From: an uncultured bacterium
Lineage (GTDB): Bacteria; Patescibacteriota; Minisyncoccia; UBA6257; 2-01-FULL-56-20
Reading direction: 5' to 3'
Assembly: GCA_963719425.1 (NCBI GenBank)
Contig: OY970382.1
Span: 385,246-449,245 of the forward strand
Length of the DNA stretch: 64,000 nucleotides
In this document: positions 27,094-37,096 of the stretch, one piece after another
Layout: each line of letters starts with the position of its first letter
How positions within the stretch are numbered: position 1 is the stretch's first letter
Notes under the pieces: generated by a model
Told to the model about the DNA's origin: nothing
The model's database searches: none
Seen by the model: only the letters and a program-made list of their open reading frames with translations
Program-made: the position numbers and the translations under genes

Positions 27094-28857
27094 ATTCAAA
27101 CGAAAGAAACAAAAGCCTGTCAGAATTGCAAAAACCAATTTACGATTGAGCCGGAGGACTTCGCATTTTACGAGAGGATTGACGTCCCGCCGCCGACATG
27201 GTGCCCAGAGTGCCGAATCCAGAGGCGATCGGTATTTTGGAACGAGCATTCCCTGTTCCGCAAAAAGGACGCCCTCACCGGAAAAGAAATATTTTCCACC
27301 TATCCCGAAGAGTCCCGCATTTCGATTTACGACCATGATTACTGGTGGTCAGACGCGTTCGATCCGATGCGGTACGGGCGGGAGTATGATTTCTCTAAAC
27401 CATTTTTTGAGCAGTTCAATACACTGTCATATGAAGTTCCGTGGCCTTCACGAGCGGTCCAAAGGTTGGTGAACAGCGATTACTCGAACCAAGCGTCAGA
27501 TGACAAAAATTGTTACCTTTGTTTCAACGGGAACTTTGGCGAAGACTGCCTCTATGGAGTTGCTTTCAACCGGACGAAGAACTGCGTTGACTTTTATCAA
27601 ATCCAAGATTGCGGGTACTCGTATGAAATCTTTTCAGTAAACAAGGGCTACAAGAATTTCTTCACCGTGGAGAGTGACAACTGCCGCGAATCATGGTTTT
27701 TGCTCAACTGCCACGATTGCGACCATTGTTTCGGCTGTGTGAACCTGTGGCACAAACAATACCACATTTTCAACGTCCCCTACTCAAAAGAGGAGTATGC
27801 AGAGCGGATAAAGAAGCTCAACCTGGGATCCTACGAATCCCTACAGAAAATACGCAAAGAAGTGCTTGCATTTCAGACGCGATATCCGCTGCGGTTCATG
27901 CACGGGGGAGGACTCAATACCAATGTCACCGGAGAGTACGTCTACCAGTCAAGAAATGCGCGGGATTGCTACCAAGGGGTGGCGATAGAAAATTCAAGGT
28001 TCGTGCAAAGCGTCTCTGACGGCGTCAAGGACTCATATGATTACACGAACTGGGGCCAGAACAGCGAATTGATTTATGAATCGGTAAGCATCGGGGAGGA
28101 TTGCCAGAGAATCAAGTTCTCCTTTGATTGCTGGCCCGCGTGCCAAGACGTTGAATATTCCATGAATTGCCACTCCTCTTTCGGATTGTTCGGCTGCGTC
28201 GGACTGAAAAAGAAAAATTACTGTGTCCTTAACAAGCAATATTCGAAAAAGGCCTACGAAGACCTGGTGGAAAAGATCAAGGCGCATATGAATTCAGTGC
28301 CGTATAAGGACAAGGCGGGAAGGACATACCGCTACGGCGAGTTCTTTCCGCCAGAATTCTCCCCTCTCGCCTATAATGATTCATCCGCGATAGATTACTT
28401 CCCGCTCAGCAAAGAGTCAGCGACAAAAGGCGGCTTTGCTTGGCGCGATGCTCCTCCCCAAAAATATGTAGCCGATGTCCTCGCTCGTAATTTGCCGGAT
28501 CACATAGACGATGCGGGGAAAGAGATCACGAAGAAGATCATCTCCTGCGGTGCCTGTTCAAAAGCATATCGGATAGTGCCGACCGAGTTTGACTTTTATC
28601 AACAGTTCGGCATTCCGCTGCCGCGGCTTTGCCACAATTGCCGCTTTTCGGAGAGACTGAAGTTCAAAAACCCACCGAGGTTCTGGCATCGCGCTTGCCA
28701 ATGCACAGGTCAAAAAAGCGAAAACGGCGCATATGCAAATACAGGAGTCCATTTCCACAAGGACACTCGTTGCCCCAACGAATTTGAAACACCCTATGCC
28801 CCCGACCGCCCCGAGATCGTGTACTGCGAGCAGTGCTACAACGCAGAAGTGGTGTAA
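27094..28857 (+). CDS. Cys-rich CPR-type conserved hypothetical protein (Zn-ribbon ends, central Cys repeat solenoid); 5' end lacks an ATG
   Basis: The frame is open 91 codons upstream of the 27367 ATG and reads IQTKETKACQNCKNQFTIEPEDFAFYERIDVPPPTWCPECR. The C-terminus is YAPDRPEIVYCEQCY. Confidence 0.8.
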   Translation: MQTKETKACQNCKNQFTIEPEDFAFYERIDVPPPTWCPECRIQRRSVFWNEHSLFRKKDALTGKEIFSTYPEESRISIYDHDYWWSDAFDPMRYGREYDFSKPFFEQFNTLSYEVPWPSRAVQRLVNSDYSNQASDDKNCYLCFNGNFGEDCLYGVAFNRTKNCVDFYQIQDCGYSYEIFSVNKGYKNFFTVESDNCRESWFLLNCHDCDHCFGCVNLWHKQYHIFNVPYSKEEYAERIKKLNLGSYESLQKIRKEVLAFQTRYPLRFMHGGGLNTNVTGEYVYQSRNARDCYQGVAIENSRFVQSVSDGVKDSYDYTNWGQNSELIYESVSIGEDCQRIKFSFDCWPACQDVEYSMNCHSSFGLFGCVGLKKKNYCVLNKQYSKKAYEDLVEKIKAHMNSVPYKDKAGRTYRYGEFFPPEFSPLAYNDSSAIDYFPLSKESATKGGFAWRDAPPQKYVADVLARNLPDHIDDAGKEITKKIISCGACSKAYRIVPTEFDFYQQFGIPLPRLCHNCRFSERLKFKNPPRFWHRACQCTGQKSENGAYANTGVHFHKDTRCPNEFETPYAPDRPEIVYCEQCYNAEVV

Positions 28858-28957
28858 GGCAGTGGACAGTAAACACGGTGCTCAAAAAAACCCGCACACG
28901 TGCGGATTCTTTTGAACAAGAACATATTACCCATCGCTGGGCCCATTGCTAAGCCCG

Positions 28958-29413
28958 TTACTGGCCCGTTGGGGCGACGCTACCCCCGCTGCCATTGCCG
29001 CCGCCCCCGGGGCCGGGCGCATTGCCTCCGCGCACCTGGATGGTCTGCGCGGTTACGCTCCCGTCGGAATTCTGTGTCCCTCCGATGATCACGCTTGTTC
29101 CGGGTGCAAGATCACTTACGGACGCCGGCGAGGGTTTGATGACCGAGGTAGAACTGGAATAGAACACAACCTCGGAATTGCCGTTCGGAAGCTGCACCGT
29201 CAAGCTCTGCGCGTCCTTGGAGGTGATTTGTCCCGTCACGAAACCGCCGCCGCTCCCCGTGCGACCGCCCCCGCTGCGCGTTGAACTCGCAAAGGCGCCA
29301 CGCCCCGCAAACGAAGGGGAAGCCGTCGCCTTTCCGTAATACATGCCGCCCACGAATGCCACGATCGCGACGACAAGCCAGACGATATGCACGATATATT
29401 TTTTCATAAACAT
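28958..29413 (-). CDS. Membrane-anchored DUF5666-like accessory protein of the ABC operon
   Basis: TM; G.I...D..SLTV...SDL..G..V.I.G..NSDGSVTA..IQ. Confidence 0.75.
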   Translation of the reverse strand: MFMKKYIVHIVWLVVAIVAFVGGMYYGKATASPSFAGRGAFASSTRSGGGRTGSGGGFVTGQITSKDAQSLTVQLPNGNSEVVFYSSSTSVIKPSPASVSDLAPGTSVIIGGTQNSDGSVTAQTIQVRGGNAPGPGGGGNGSGGSVAPTGQ

Positions 29414-29440
29414 TTAACGATTGATTTTAACGACCTTTCG

Positions 29441-30682
29441 TCACTCATATCGCAACGCTTCAATAGGACTCAATCCTGCCGCGCGACGCGCGGGATAATA
29501 GCCAAAAACGATGCCGATGGCAGCAGAAACGCCGAACGCAAGGATGATAGAGCTCAACGACACGCTGGTCGCGATGGAAGTGAAATGCGTAACCAAGAAC
29601 GCGATCAGCCATCCAAGAATGATCCCGACCATCCCGCCGACGAAGGTCAACATGACAGATTCGGCGAGGAACTGGAGCGTAATGTCCTTCCGTTTTGCGC
29701 CGATCGCCTTACGAAGGCCGATCTCGCGCGTACGCTCCGTGACCGTCGTGAGCATCATATTCATGATGCCGATACCACCGACGAGGAGCGAGATGCCCGC
29801 AATCGCAGCGAGAAGCGTCGTAAAAGTACCCGTTACGGACGATGCCGCCGCCACGATATCTGCCTGATTCAGCACGTTAAAATCCGCCAGCGTCGGATCG
29901 GAAATATTGTGCCGTTGAAGCAAGAGGTTTGCAATATCATTTTGCGCCTGCGTCATAACCGCCTGGGTGGCAGCTTCCACATCAATCTCCGTGACGTAAG
30001 AAGTACTGCCCAAAAGAAAGTGCTGTGCCGTCGTGAGGGGTACATAGATCATGTTGTCCTGATTGTTGAACCCGCTACCGCCTTTAGAAACGGTAACGCC
30101 GACAACTTTGAAATCAAGATTTTTTATGCGAATCGTCTGCCCAATTGCCATATCCGGCGTCGCGGTGGCATTCGTGCTTCCGAAAAGATCTTGAAGCACC
30201 GTGGGACCGATCACCGCGACGCGGCTGGAGGCGGAAACGTCTGCGTCTGAAATGAACACCCCCTGCGCCACCTGTAGGTTGCGCACCTGGGTATACGCGG
30301 AAACCACTCCCATCACGCTCGTATTGGTATTCGTGCCTTTGTAAAGCACTTGGTACCGCCCACTCACCTCGGGCGAGATCGCCGCGACGCCCGAAAGCTG
30401 TCCGATGGCGGTCGCATCGTCGGGTGTGAGTGTTTCCGCGCTCCCCCGCCCCGCGCTCACCGTGGAACCAATGGAACGCTGCGTGCCCGGCATGATGATA
30501 AGAAGGTTGGAGCCGATGGACTGGATGCTGGACTGAATTGAACCTTGCGCGCCCTGCCCAATCGCCTGCAATGCGATCACGGACGCAATGCCGATCACGA
30601 TGCCCAACATCGTAAGCCCCGACCGCACTTTGTTTACGGTCACGGCGCCATAGGTTTCTTCAAAGAGATCTTGAGTGGTCAT
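29441..30682 (-). CDS. MacB/YknZ-type ABC transporter permease
   Basis: RSGLTMLGIVIGIASVI, ISLLVGGIGIMN, ERTREIGLRKAIGA and PIEALRYE. Confidence 0.95.
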   Translation of the reverse strand: MTTQDLFEETYGAVTVNKVRSGLTMLGIVIGIASVIALQAIGQGAQGSIQSSIQSIGSNLLIIMPGTQRSIGSTVSAGRGSAETLTPDDATAIGQLSGVAAISPEVSGRYQVLYKGTNTNTSVMGVVSAYTQVRNLQVAQGVFISDADVSASSRVAVIGPTVLQDLFGSTNATATPDMAIGQTIRIKNLDFKVVGVTVSKGGSGFNNQDNMIYVPLTTAQHFLLGSTSYVTEIDVEAATQAVMTQAQNDIANLLLQRHNISDPTLADFNVLNQADIVAAASSVTGTFTTLLAAIAGISLLVGGIGIMNMMLTTVTERTREIGLRKAIGAKRKDITLQFLAESVMLTFVGGMVGIILGWLIAFLVTHFTSIATSVSLSSIILAFGVSAAIGIVFGYYPARRAAGLSPIEALRYE

Positions 30683-30690
30683 GGCAAAAG

Positions 30691-31419
30691 TTATTGCAAT
30701 TCCTTTTCGTGCCGCGCGAGGCGTTTTTGATGATTTTTTTCGTCGCTTAAAATGTTTCCGTCGCGGATATGGATGATCCGGTCCGCGTGCTTCGCAATAT
30801 CATCTTCGTGCGTGATCAAGATGATGGTCTTGCCGTGTTGTGTGTTGAGTGTCTGGAACGTGTACAGCACCATCTCACCGGTTTTGGAATCAAGGTTGCC
30901 CGTCGGCTCGTCGGCGAGGATAAGCGCTGGATTGTTCACGAGCGACCGTGCAACCGCCACGCGCTGCATCATGCCGCCACTAAGCTGGTTTGAGTGATAC
31001 TGCCAGAACTCCTCAGGAAATGCTGAATCGCGGAGCGCTTGTGCAGCGATCGTTTCCCTTTTTTCCTTGGCAACCCCTTCGTAGATGAGTGGCAGGGAAA
31101 CATTGCGCAATACCGTCGTGCGCGGCAAAAGATTGAACGCCTGGAACACAAACCCTATTTTTTCCCGACGGATGTCGGCAAGCTCGTCATCCGAAAGTTC
31201 CGCAATATTCTTACCGTCCAAAAAATACTCGCCGCCCGAGGGCGTATCCAGCGCACCCAAAATGTGCATAAGGGTTGACTTGCCCGACCCCGACGGTCCC
31301 ATAACGGCGACGAACTCACCCTCTCCGATGGAAAACGTAATGCCTTTCAGAACTTCAGTGTCTATGCCGCCGGTGTGATAGGTCTTCCGGATATCATTGC
31401 ATTCAATGATGGTCTTCAT
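30691..31419 (-). CDS. MacB/LolD-type ABC ATPase
   Basis: [13 protein letters not shown] and [10 protein letters not shown]. Confidence 0.96.
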   Translation of the reverse strand: MKTIIECNDIRKTYHTGGIDTEVLKGITFSIGEGEFVAVMGPSGSGKSTLMHILGALDTPSGGEYFLDGKNIAELSDDELADIRREKIGFVFQAFNLLPRTTVLRNVSLPLIYEGVAKEKRETIAAQALRDSAFPEEFWQYHSNQLSGGMMQRVAVARSLVNNPALILADEPTGNLDSKTGEMVLYTFQTLNTQHGKTIILITHEDDIAKHADRIIHIRDGNILSDEKNHQKRLARHEKELQ

Positions 31420-33224
31420 CTCCCTGGTGCGCCTCCCCCGCCGCCCCCGCCCAGAATGCGGAAGACGCTCGTCCCTCCACTCGTCACAGACCCTGCACTC
31501 GCCGACGCAGAAGAAGTAAGGGTTTGAGTAATAATTTGGTCGCCCGCGCTCACGCCCGAAGTGATCTCCGTGAACGTATCATCGGAAAGCCCGACCGTGA
31601 CTGGCACGCGCTTCACCGCGGGGAGTTCAACGCCCCCCGTCGCGCTCGCCGCAAGCGTTGAAGTGGAAACCGGCGTCGCGGGCTCTGTCACATAGCTCGT
31701 CGTCCCCTGCGCCGTGACCGCCGCATTCGGTACCGCGATGACATTCTGATGCACCTGCGTCACGATGTCCGCTGTCACGCTCATGCCCGGCTTCACCTCG
31801 CTCGTCCCTGACGCCTCTTCAAACGCAACTTGCACGTTGTAGTTCACGACGCCTTGGCTCACCGTTCCCACTGTGTCTATCTCCGACACAGTGCCCGCAA
31901 GCGAAAGATCGGGAAGCGCATCAAAAGAAAGCGTCGCTTTGTTGCCGATTGCCACCTTCGCTGCATCTACTTCGTTCAGGGTCACCTCGGCAAGCTCCCC
32001 TTGCGTCACCATACTCACGGCGGGCGACGACACTGTCGTCCCCACGATCGCAGGAACGGCGGAGATCACCCCGCTGATCGGCGCACGGATGGAACAATAT
32101 GCGAGGTTCTGCTCCGCGGTCGCAAGCGCATTTTGCGCGCTCTGAATGCTGATCTGCTGAGAAAGAAGGTTAAGCTGTGTCGGGCCAGCGACCAATTCCG
32201 CAAGCGTTTCGCTCGCCTGCGCAAGCGAAAGCTGGTCGTTCTCAAGGGTATTCTTGTCATTCGCAATGCCCACGATAACGTTCTCTACGCTTGAGACGTT
32301 GTTGTTGACCGCAGTGATTTCGGTGCCGAAGGTCGTCTGAAACGTGGTCGTGATCGTGGGAAGCGGGGCAAGCCGGTTATCCTTCGGATAATTATTCACC
32401 ACGTAGTTCAGAAGGTCATTGATCGCCTTCACGCTCGCGCTCACGAGCTGTGTCGTCTGATAGGTTTCCGAAAACAGCGTGTCAAGCGTGGTGCGATCCG
32501 AGTTCTGCGCGGCGGTATGGTAGTCGGCCAGGTTTTGCTGGTACGCGGTGAGGGCGGCGTTGTAGCTCGGCGCGACCGCGTTGCTGTACAACTGCGTGCT
32601 CGCCTGAAGATAGGTCGGCATGATGCTTACGTACGCATCAGGATTTTCCTGGCTTTTATTGATGTTGTTCCCAGTCACGAAGTTGCCCGCATCCGTGATG
32701 ACGCTCTGGAGGTTCACGAACACGGACGAGAGCGTGTCAAAACCGTTTTCATAATCCGAAACAAGCGTCGTAGAGGCATCAGGGATGCTTTGCTGCGCTT
32801 TTATAAGCGCGCTCTGGTCCTGGAGCAAGGTAGTCGTGGACATCTGCTGCAACTCTGCAAGGGAAAGCTCGGCCGACTGGAGCGACAATTGCGCCTGGTT
32901 CACCGCCCTTTGTTCGTTTGTTGTATCCAGCTGCACGAGGAGCTGCCCCGCCGTCACGTGGTCGCCCACGCTCACGTACACCTTCGTCACATTTTCGGAA
33001 ACCTGCGGCTTAATGTCTATGGACGTCACCGCCTGAACCTGCCCGCTTCCCGTGACCGAAGAAACGACTGTCCCGGGGGTTGCATCCTCTATAACATACT
33101 TAGTCACCGTCACCGTGCCCTGCGAGGAAGAATACCAATAATAACCGCCGCCAACCACAAGAATCACCACGATGGCGGAGATCACCTTGTGCGCACGTAT
33201 GCGTTCTCCTAATTTCTTAAACAT
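31416..33224 (-). CDS. Efflux membrane-fusion (MacA/YknX/HlyD-like) protein with long helical insert
   Basis: TM; VSVGDHVTAGQLL, IRAPISGVI, KPGMSVTADI and VPNAAV. Confidence 0.9.
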   Translation of the reverse strand: MFKKLGERIRAHKVISAIVVILVVGGGYYWYSSSQGTVTVTKYVIEDATPGTVVSSVTGSGQVQAVTSIDIKPQVSENVTKVYVSVGDHVTAGQLLVQLDTTNEQRAVNQAQLSLQSAELSLAELQQMSTTTLLQDQSALIKAQQSIPDASTTLVSDYENGFDTLSSVFVNLQSVITDAGNFVTGNNINKSQENPDAYVSIMPTYLQASTQLYSNAVAPSYNAALTAYQQNLADYHTAAQNSDRTTLDTLFSETYQTTQLVSASVKAINDLLNYVVNNYPKDNRLAPLPTITTTFQTTFGTEITAVNNNVSSVENVIVGIANDKNTLENDQLSLAQASETLAELVAGPTQLNLLSQQISIQSAQNALATAEQNLAYCSIRAPISGVISAVPAIVGTTVSSPAVSMVTQGELAEVTLNEVDAAKVAIGNKATLSFDALPDLSLAGTVSEIDTVGTVSQGVVNYNVQVAFEEASGTSEVKPGMSVTADIVTQVHQNVIAVPNAAVTAQGTTSYVTEPATPVSTSTLAASATGGVELPAVKRVPVTVGLSDDTFTEITSGVSAGDQIITQTLTSSASASAGSVTSGGTSVFRILGGGGGGGAPGR

Positions 33225-33234
33225 GGAGCGTGAT

Positions 33235-33732
33235 CTAGTTTAGCTGCAGCTGCAGTTGTGGCTGCGGCTGCCCATCGGGCGACTGGGACAGTGGCGGCAC
33301 GGGGAGAGAAGACGATGACGCAAAGATGCGGACAAATTGTGCTTCAATTTGTCCGTTTTCGTTCGGCGCGCCGATCACGACCACGCCGTTGCCTACCTGC
33401 ACATCTGACAGCATAATCGTGCGATCGGCTTCCCGGATCACCGTAGCGGGCTCGATCGCGACCGAAGATTCGTCGCCGTCGGCGTCACGCACCGAGAGCG
33501 AAGAACTTGCCACATCAATCACTTCCCCCGCCACCCCGTGCCCATTCGCCATGCGCCCTGGCGGAAATTCACCAAAAAAATTGCGGTAATAATTCTCGCC
33601 GAACCGACCGACATAGAAGGCCCCGTGATATCCTACGAGCACTCCCGCGCCAAACACAAGGAGTACCACGATGGCTGCCCCCAATATCCAAAGGATCGTC
33701 CGCGTTTTTGAAGATTGCAAAAGGTCTTTCAC
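33235..33732 (-). CDS. Membrane-anchored DUF5666-like protein
   Basis: Likely GTG start at 33732; TM; HGVAGEVI...VVVIGAPNENGQIEA.FVRIF. Confidence 0.7.
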   Translation of the reverse strand: MKDLLQSSKTRTILWILGAAIVVLLVFGAGVLVGYHGAFYVGRFGENYYRNFFGEFPPGRMANGHGVAGEVIDVASSSLSVRDADGDESSVAIEPATVIREADRTIMLSDVQVGNGVVVIGAPNENGQIEAQFVRIFASSSSLPVPPLSQSPDGQPQPQLQLQLN

Positions 33733-33752
33733 GTTTTTTCGGGTTTGTCCCG

Positions 33753-34181
33753 TTACGACAGCATGGAAAACATGTGCCGCCCTTGCATAGACGCCATCTC
33801 GTCTATAAAGCGCGCTGCCGACCATACGGCGACAAAAATCCCTGAGAGGAGGACTGCGGCGGAAAACACCGGAAACGATTCCACGGCGGAAAGCATAAAG
33901 TCAGAGAAGCTTGCAATCACCGCGGAGAAATCGGAGAACAAAAGCGAGGAAAACATCACGAACCCCGATCGCGAGGCCTCTCGCACCACATCCACCGATC
34001 CATATACGATGAGTGCGACGGAAGCCGCAAGCAGCGCACCGGATGCAATGGTCTTTATCATCAGGCGGCGGCGCTCTTCTTTCTCAATCCGAAGCAAAAT
34101 CCGCCGCGCCAAGTCGGCGTGCGGCACAACCGCCTCTCCTTCAATACGTGAAAAAATTTTCTTCATTTGCTCACCACCCAT
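33753..34181 (-). CDS. Putative membrane anti-sigma factor
   Basis: Follows the ECF sigma gene; PHADLARRILLRI then TM helices. Start at 34181 or 34166. Confidence 0.65.
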   Translation of the reverse strand: MGGEQMKKIFSRIEGEAVVPHADLARRILLRIEKEERRRLMIKTIASGALLAASVALIVYGSVDVVREASRSGFVMFSSLLFSDFSAVIASFSDFMLSAVESFPVFSAAVLLSGIFVAVWSAARFIDEMASMQGRHMFSMLS

Positions 34182-34190
34182 GATTATTGC

Positions 34191-34216
34191 TACGAAGCAA
34201 TGGTTCTTTTTGGTGC
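34191..34216 (-). promoter_or_regulatory. Putative ECF sigma promoter
   Basis: GCACC-N17-CGTA on the minus strand, just downstream of the sigma stop codon. Confidence 0.45.
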
Positions 34217-34225
34217 GTGTTGCCA

Positions 34226-34810
34226 TTAGGCGAAACTTGACCCGCCCGCATCTCCCGAGATCACCCGTCGGAGGAGTATGATCCCCCGCCGGTGTTTACT
34301 CTTTACGGTATCAATGGGTTCCCCCAGCGCTTCCGCGATTTCGCGAAACTTAAGGTGATCGCGGTAGCGCATGGCAAGCACCGCCCGGTACCCGGGCGGG
34401 AGAACTCCCAGGGCGCGTTCAACATCTGCCGCCACCATCTTGCGTTGAAGCAAGGCATCGGGAAGTTCCTGCGCGTCAGCATACGGAGCCAAAATCACGT
34501 CAAGCTGGTCGTCATCTTCGTTGATCTGCGAGAACAAAAGCGGTTTCTTCTTTTTGATAAGGTCAAGCGCGGCGTTCTTTGCGATCGTAAAAATCCATGT
34601 CTTGAAATTCTTTGTTGTATCAAACCGTTTGAGATTTTTCCACGCGCGCACGAACGTTTCCTGCGTCACGTCCTCGGTATCCGCGCCATGGCGGAGGTAA
34701 CGATAGGCAAAACGGTATACCCCGTCCATATGACGCGTGAGCAGTGCGGGGAATGCATCCTTATCCCCAGCGAGAACTGCACGCACAAGCTCCGCATCTG
34801 TTTGCTCCAT
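34226..34810 (-). CDS. ECF RNA polymerase sigma-70 factor
   Basis: DTEDVTQETFVRAW, FKTWIFTIAKN and EIAEALG.PI.TVKS. Confidence 0.95.
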   Translation of the reverse strand: MEQTDAELVRAVLAGDKDAFPALLTRHMDGVYRFAYRYLRHGADTEDVTQETFVRAWKNLKRFDTTKNFKTWIFTIAKNAALDLIKKKKPLLFSQINEDDDQLDVILAPYADAQELPDALLQRKMVAADVERALGVLPPGYRAVLAMRYRDHLKFREIAEALGEPIDTVKSKHRRGIILLRRVISGDAGGSSFA

Positions 34811-34834
34811 AGTAATAGTATTGAAATCCTGTTC

Positions 34835-35395
34835 CTAATTCTCGCGCGTATAAAGCCCGACGAACGACGCCTCCGCGAGAAGGTGCTTACTTATCTCTGT
34901 TTCAAGTTCCGCCTTGCCGGAAGTACTTGCAAGATCAAGCAGCGCATCCAGCGCGTAAAGATGAAACCCGTAATGGTGCATTCCCGACGGCGGACAGGGA
35001 CCGATATACCCCGTGCGCCCCGCGTCATTTTTCCCTTCCACGCTTTCCGGAGGAACCCCGTTCTCTGCAATGGCCATCGTCGCAGGATTGATGTTCCAAA
35101 CAACCCAATGGGTAAATCCGCCCGCCCGCGGTGCATCTGGGTCGTGCATGATAAGCGCCAAACTTTTCGCGCCCGCCGGCACTCCTTCAATCCGCAACTC
35201 CGGGCTTGTGTTACTCCCGTCGCAGGTGAACTCCGCGGGAATCATTCCGCCATTTTTAAGTGATAGACTGGTAATGTTCATCATAGTGATTTCTGGTTCC
35301 CCTGGCCCCTGCCCCGATAACACCCAAAGCGTCACTGCTCCGAGCACCGCAAGCAAGACCACCGCAATTATAGCGCCTTTTCTCGTATGCATCAA
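34835..35395 (-). CDS. YbhB/YbcL (PEBP) family protein with N-terminal TM
   Basis: FTCDG.NTSP, DPDAP...FTHWVVWNI and GPCPPSG.HHY. Confidence 0.93.
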   Translation of the reverse strand: MMHTRKGAIIAVVLLAVLGAVTLWVLSGQGPGEPEITMMNITSLSLKNGGMIPAEFTCDGSNTSPELRIEGVPAGAKSLALIMHDPDAPRAGGFTHWVVWNINPATMAIAENGVPPESVEGKNDAGRTGYIGPCPPSGMHHYGFHLYALDALLDLASTSGKAELETEISKHLLAEASFVGLYTREN

Positions 35396-35761
35396 TCAGC
35401 CCCCCTTCGATACGAATTCGTCGTACTCTTTGCGCACGAGGCCGACGATAACGGCACTGCGCGGCTTCGTGACTCCAGGATAGCGCCACGCGCTGATCAC
35501 TCTCCGATGTGGGCCGACGTCCTGCACCATCACCCAGATTTCCTGCGTCCATGTTTCTTTGCCCTTAATGGTTCTTTTGAACGAAGCCGGCTGCATCATC
35601 GCAACCGTCTTCGGCGCCACGCCCTCCTCCACGCGTTTTGGTGAATTGAGCACGCGCCGCACCCGTGCCTGCGACAATCTATAAAATCCCATCTTCGCCT
35701 GCGCGTGGAGGGTCCAGGAAAGGATCTTCGGCTTCGGAACGGTCGCAACGGAAAGCATCAT
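35396..35761 (-). CDS. Conserved hypothetical protein (WT.HA...ISAWRYPG)
   Basis: 121-aa ORF, TATAAT immediately upstream, abuts the next gene. Confidence 0.75.
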   Translation of the reverse strand: MMLSVATVPKPKILSWTLHAQAKMGFYRLSQARVRRVLNSPKRVEEGVAPKTVAMMQPASFKRTIKGKETWTQEIWVMVQDVGPHRRVISAWRYPGVTKPRSAVIVGLVRKEYDEFVSKGG

Positions 35762-35850
35762 CAGTATTATATCAATCGCGAATTAAATGTTGATAAAAAG
35801 GAAGGAGCCGCGCCCGAGGACGCGGCCCACAAAGAAGAAACCGGAACGGC

Positions 35851-36303
35851 TTACGAAACGAAAAGTTGCTCCACCGTTCTATAAAGGGCAACAGCGGGTA
35901 ACAGCGTTGCCACTGTTACCGCTGCGGATCCAAGCCAAACCCACATGGTTGCTCTGCCCAGCGGGAGAGGCATCAATGCCGCAATACATGTGCATATCGC
36001 CCACACACTGTACCCCAGCGCAAAAGAAATGAAACGCTGCCAAGCGCGGCACTGCTTGTGCTCCGGCGGACCTCCGATAACCTTCCGCCATGCCGTGGCA
36101 TATACCAGGGAATACACCACAATAGCCAGCGCAAGGCTAACCGCCGTGGTGCCGAAAGCAAACCAATAACCGTCGATGACATCTGTGAACGACACCAAGC
36201 GCTTAGAGATGGAGTCAGATAACCAAGACGCCAGCCCCCAGATAATGCAGGCCGCCTTAAATGACCCGCCCCGAAGCAACCACATCCTCCGCCGTGTGCC
36301 CAT
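35851..36303 (-). CDS. Orphan 4-TM membrane protein
   Basis: SD GGAGG before the ATG at 36303; four hydrophobic segments. Confidence 0.6.
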   Translation of the reverse strand: MGTRRRMWLLRGGSFKAACIIWGLASWLSDSISKRLVSFTDVIDGYWFAFGTTAVSLALAIVVYSLVYATAWRKVIGGPPEHKQCRAWQRFISFALGYSVWAICTCIAALMPLPLGRATMWVWLGSAAVTVATLLPAVALYRTVEQLFVS

Positions 36304-36387
36304 AAAGCCTCCATTCCGCGCAAGATATGCGCAAGATAATAACCAAAAACCTGAAAGCAATATAACCCAACCAAAAGGAAATTACCA

Positions 36388-37065
36388 CTACAGCCCTTCC
36401 GCGGCGCGGCGGTAGTTGCAATAATCGCAGGTCAGCGTCGGGTCCGGCGCCTCGGGCTGGTCCAGCGTCGCCCGCGCGCTCATAAGCGCCTGCGCCACCC
36501 ACGAATCGTCGCCAACGAGCGGCTCCACAAAAAGATCAAACGCAAGCGACGCGGTCCCGTCGCCGAATCCCTTCCCCTTGTCCACGCGCGCAAACACAAA
36601 ATAACCGACTGAAGCAACGTCAAATTTGTTTTGCCGCAAGAGCCACTGGTAAATTTCCATCTGCCGCCGATAGGAATCATAAATCTTGTGCTCGCGCGCG
36701 CCGGTCGCTTTATAATCCACGACGATGAGCTTTCCCTCGGGATTCACCCAGATATCATCCACCGCGCCAGTGACCAAAAAGTCCGTCGGTTCGTGATGGA
36801 ACTGTACGCCGGTAAAATTATGCCGCCACTGGTCCAGCTTTTCGTGTTGGAACGGAATCGCGTCAATTTTATTTTTGACCATCACTGGATGCGGCCGCCC
36901 CTTCGCGCGGTGTACGTCAAATTCCTCTTTCAGCAAGAAATCCACCGCATTGTTGAGCGTAAAGGGCATGCTCGGCGGGCGCTTGATCCCCTTGTTAAGA
37001 TCAAGCCAAAAGCACTTCCGACATTCAAGAAACAGTTCCAACTTTGAGCGGGAGAGTTTCGTCAT
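36388..37065 (-). CDS. PD-(D/E)xK nuclease, RecB/Cas4-like
   Basis: LSRSKLELFLECRKCFW, GAVDD, IVVDYKATG, QMEIY and CDYC. Confidence 0.88.
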   Translation of the reverse strand: MTKLSRSKLELFLECRKCFWLDLNKGIKRPPSMPFTLNNAVDFLLKEEFDVHRAKGRPHPVMVKNKIDAIPFQHEKLDQWRHNFTGVQFHHEPTDFLVTGAVDDIWVNPEGKLIVVDYKATGAREHKIYDSYRRQMEIYQWLLRQNKFDVASVGYFVFARVDKGKGFGDGTASLAFDLFVEPLVGDDSWVAQALMSARATLDQPEAPDPTLTCDYCNYRRAAEGL

Positions 37066-37096
37066 TGAAAAACAGTGTCACTATTATAACTGAAAT

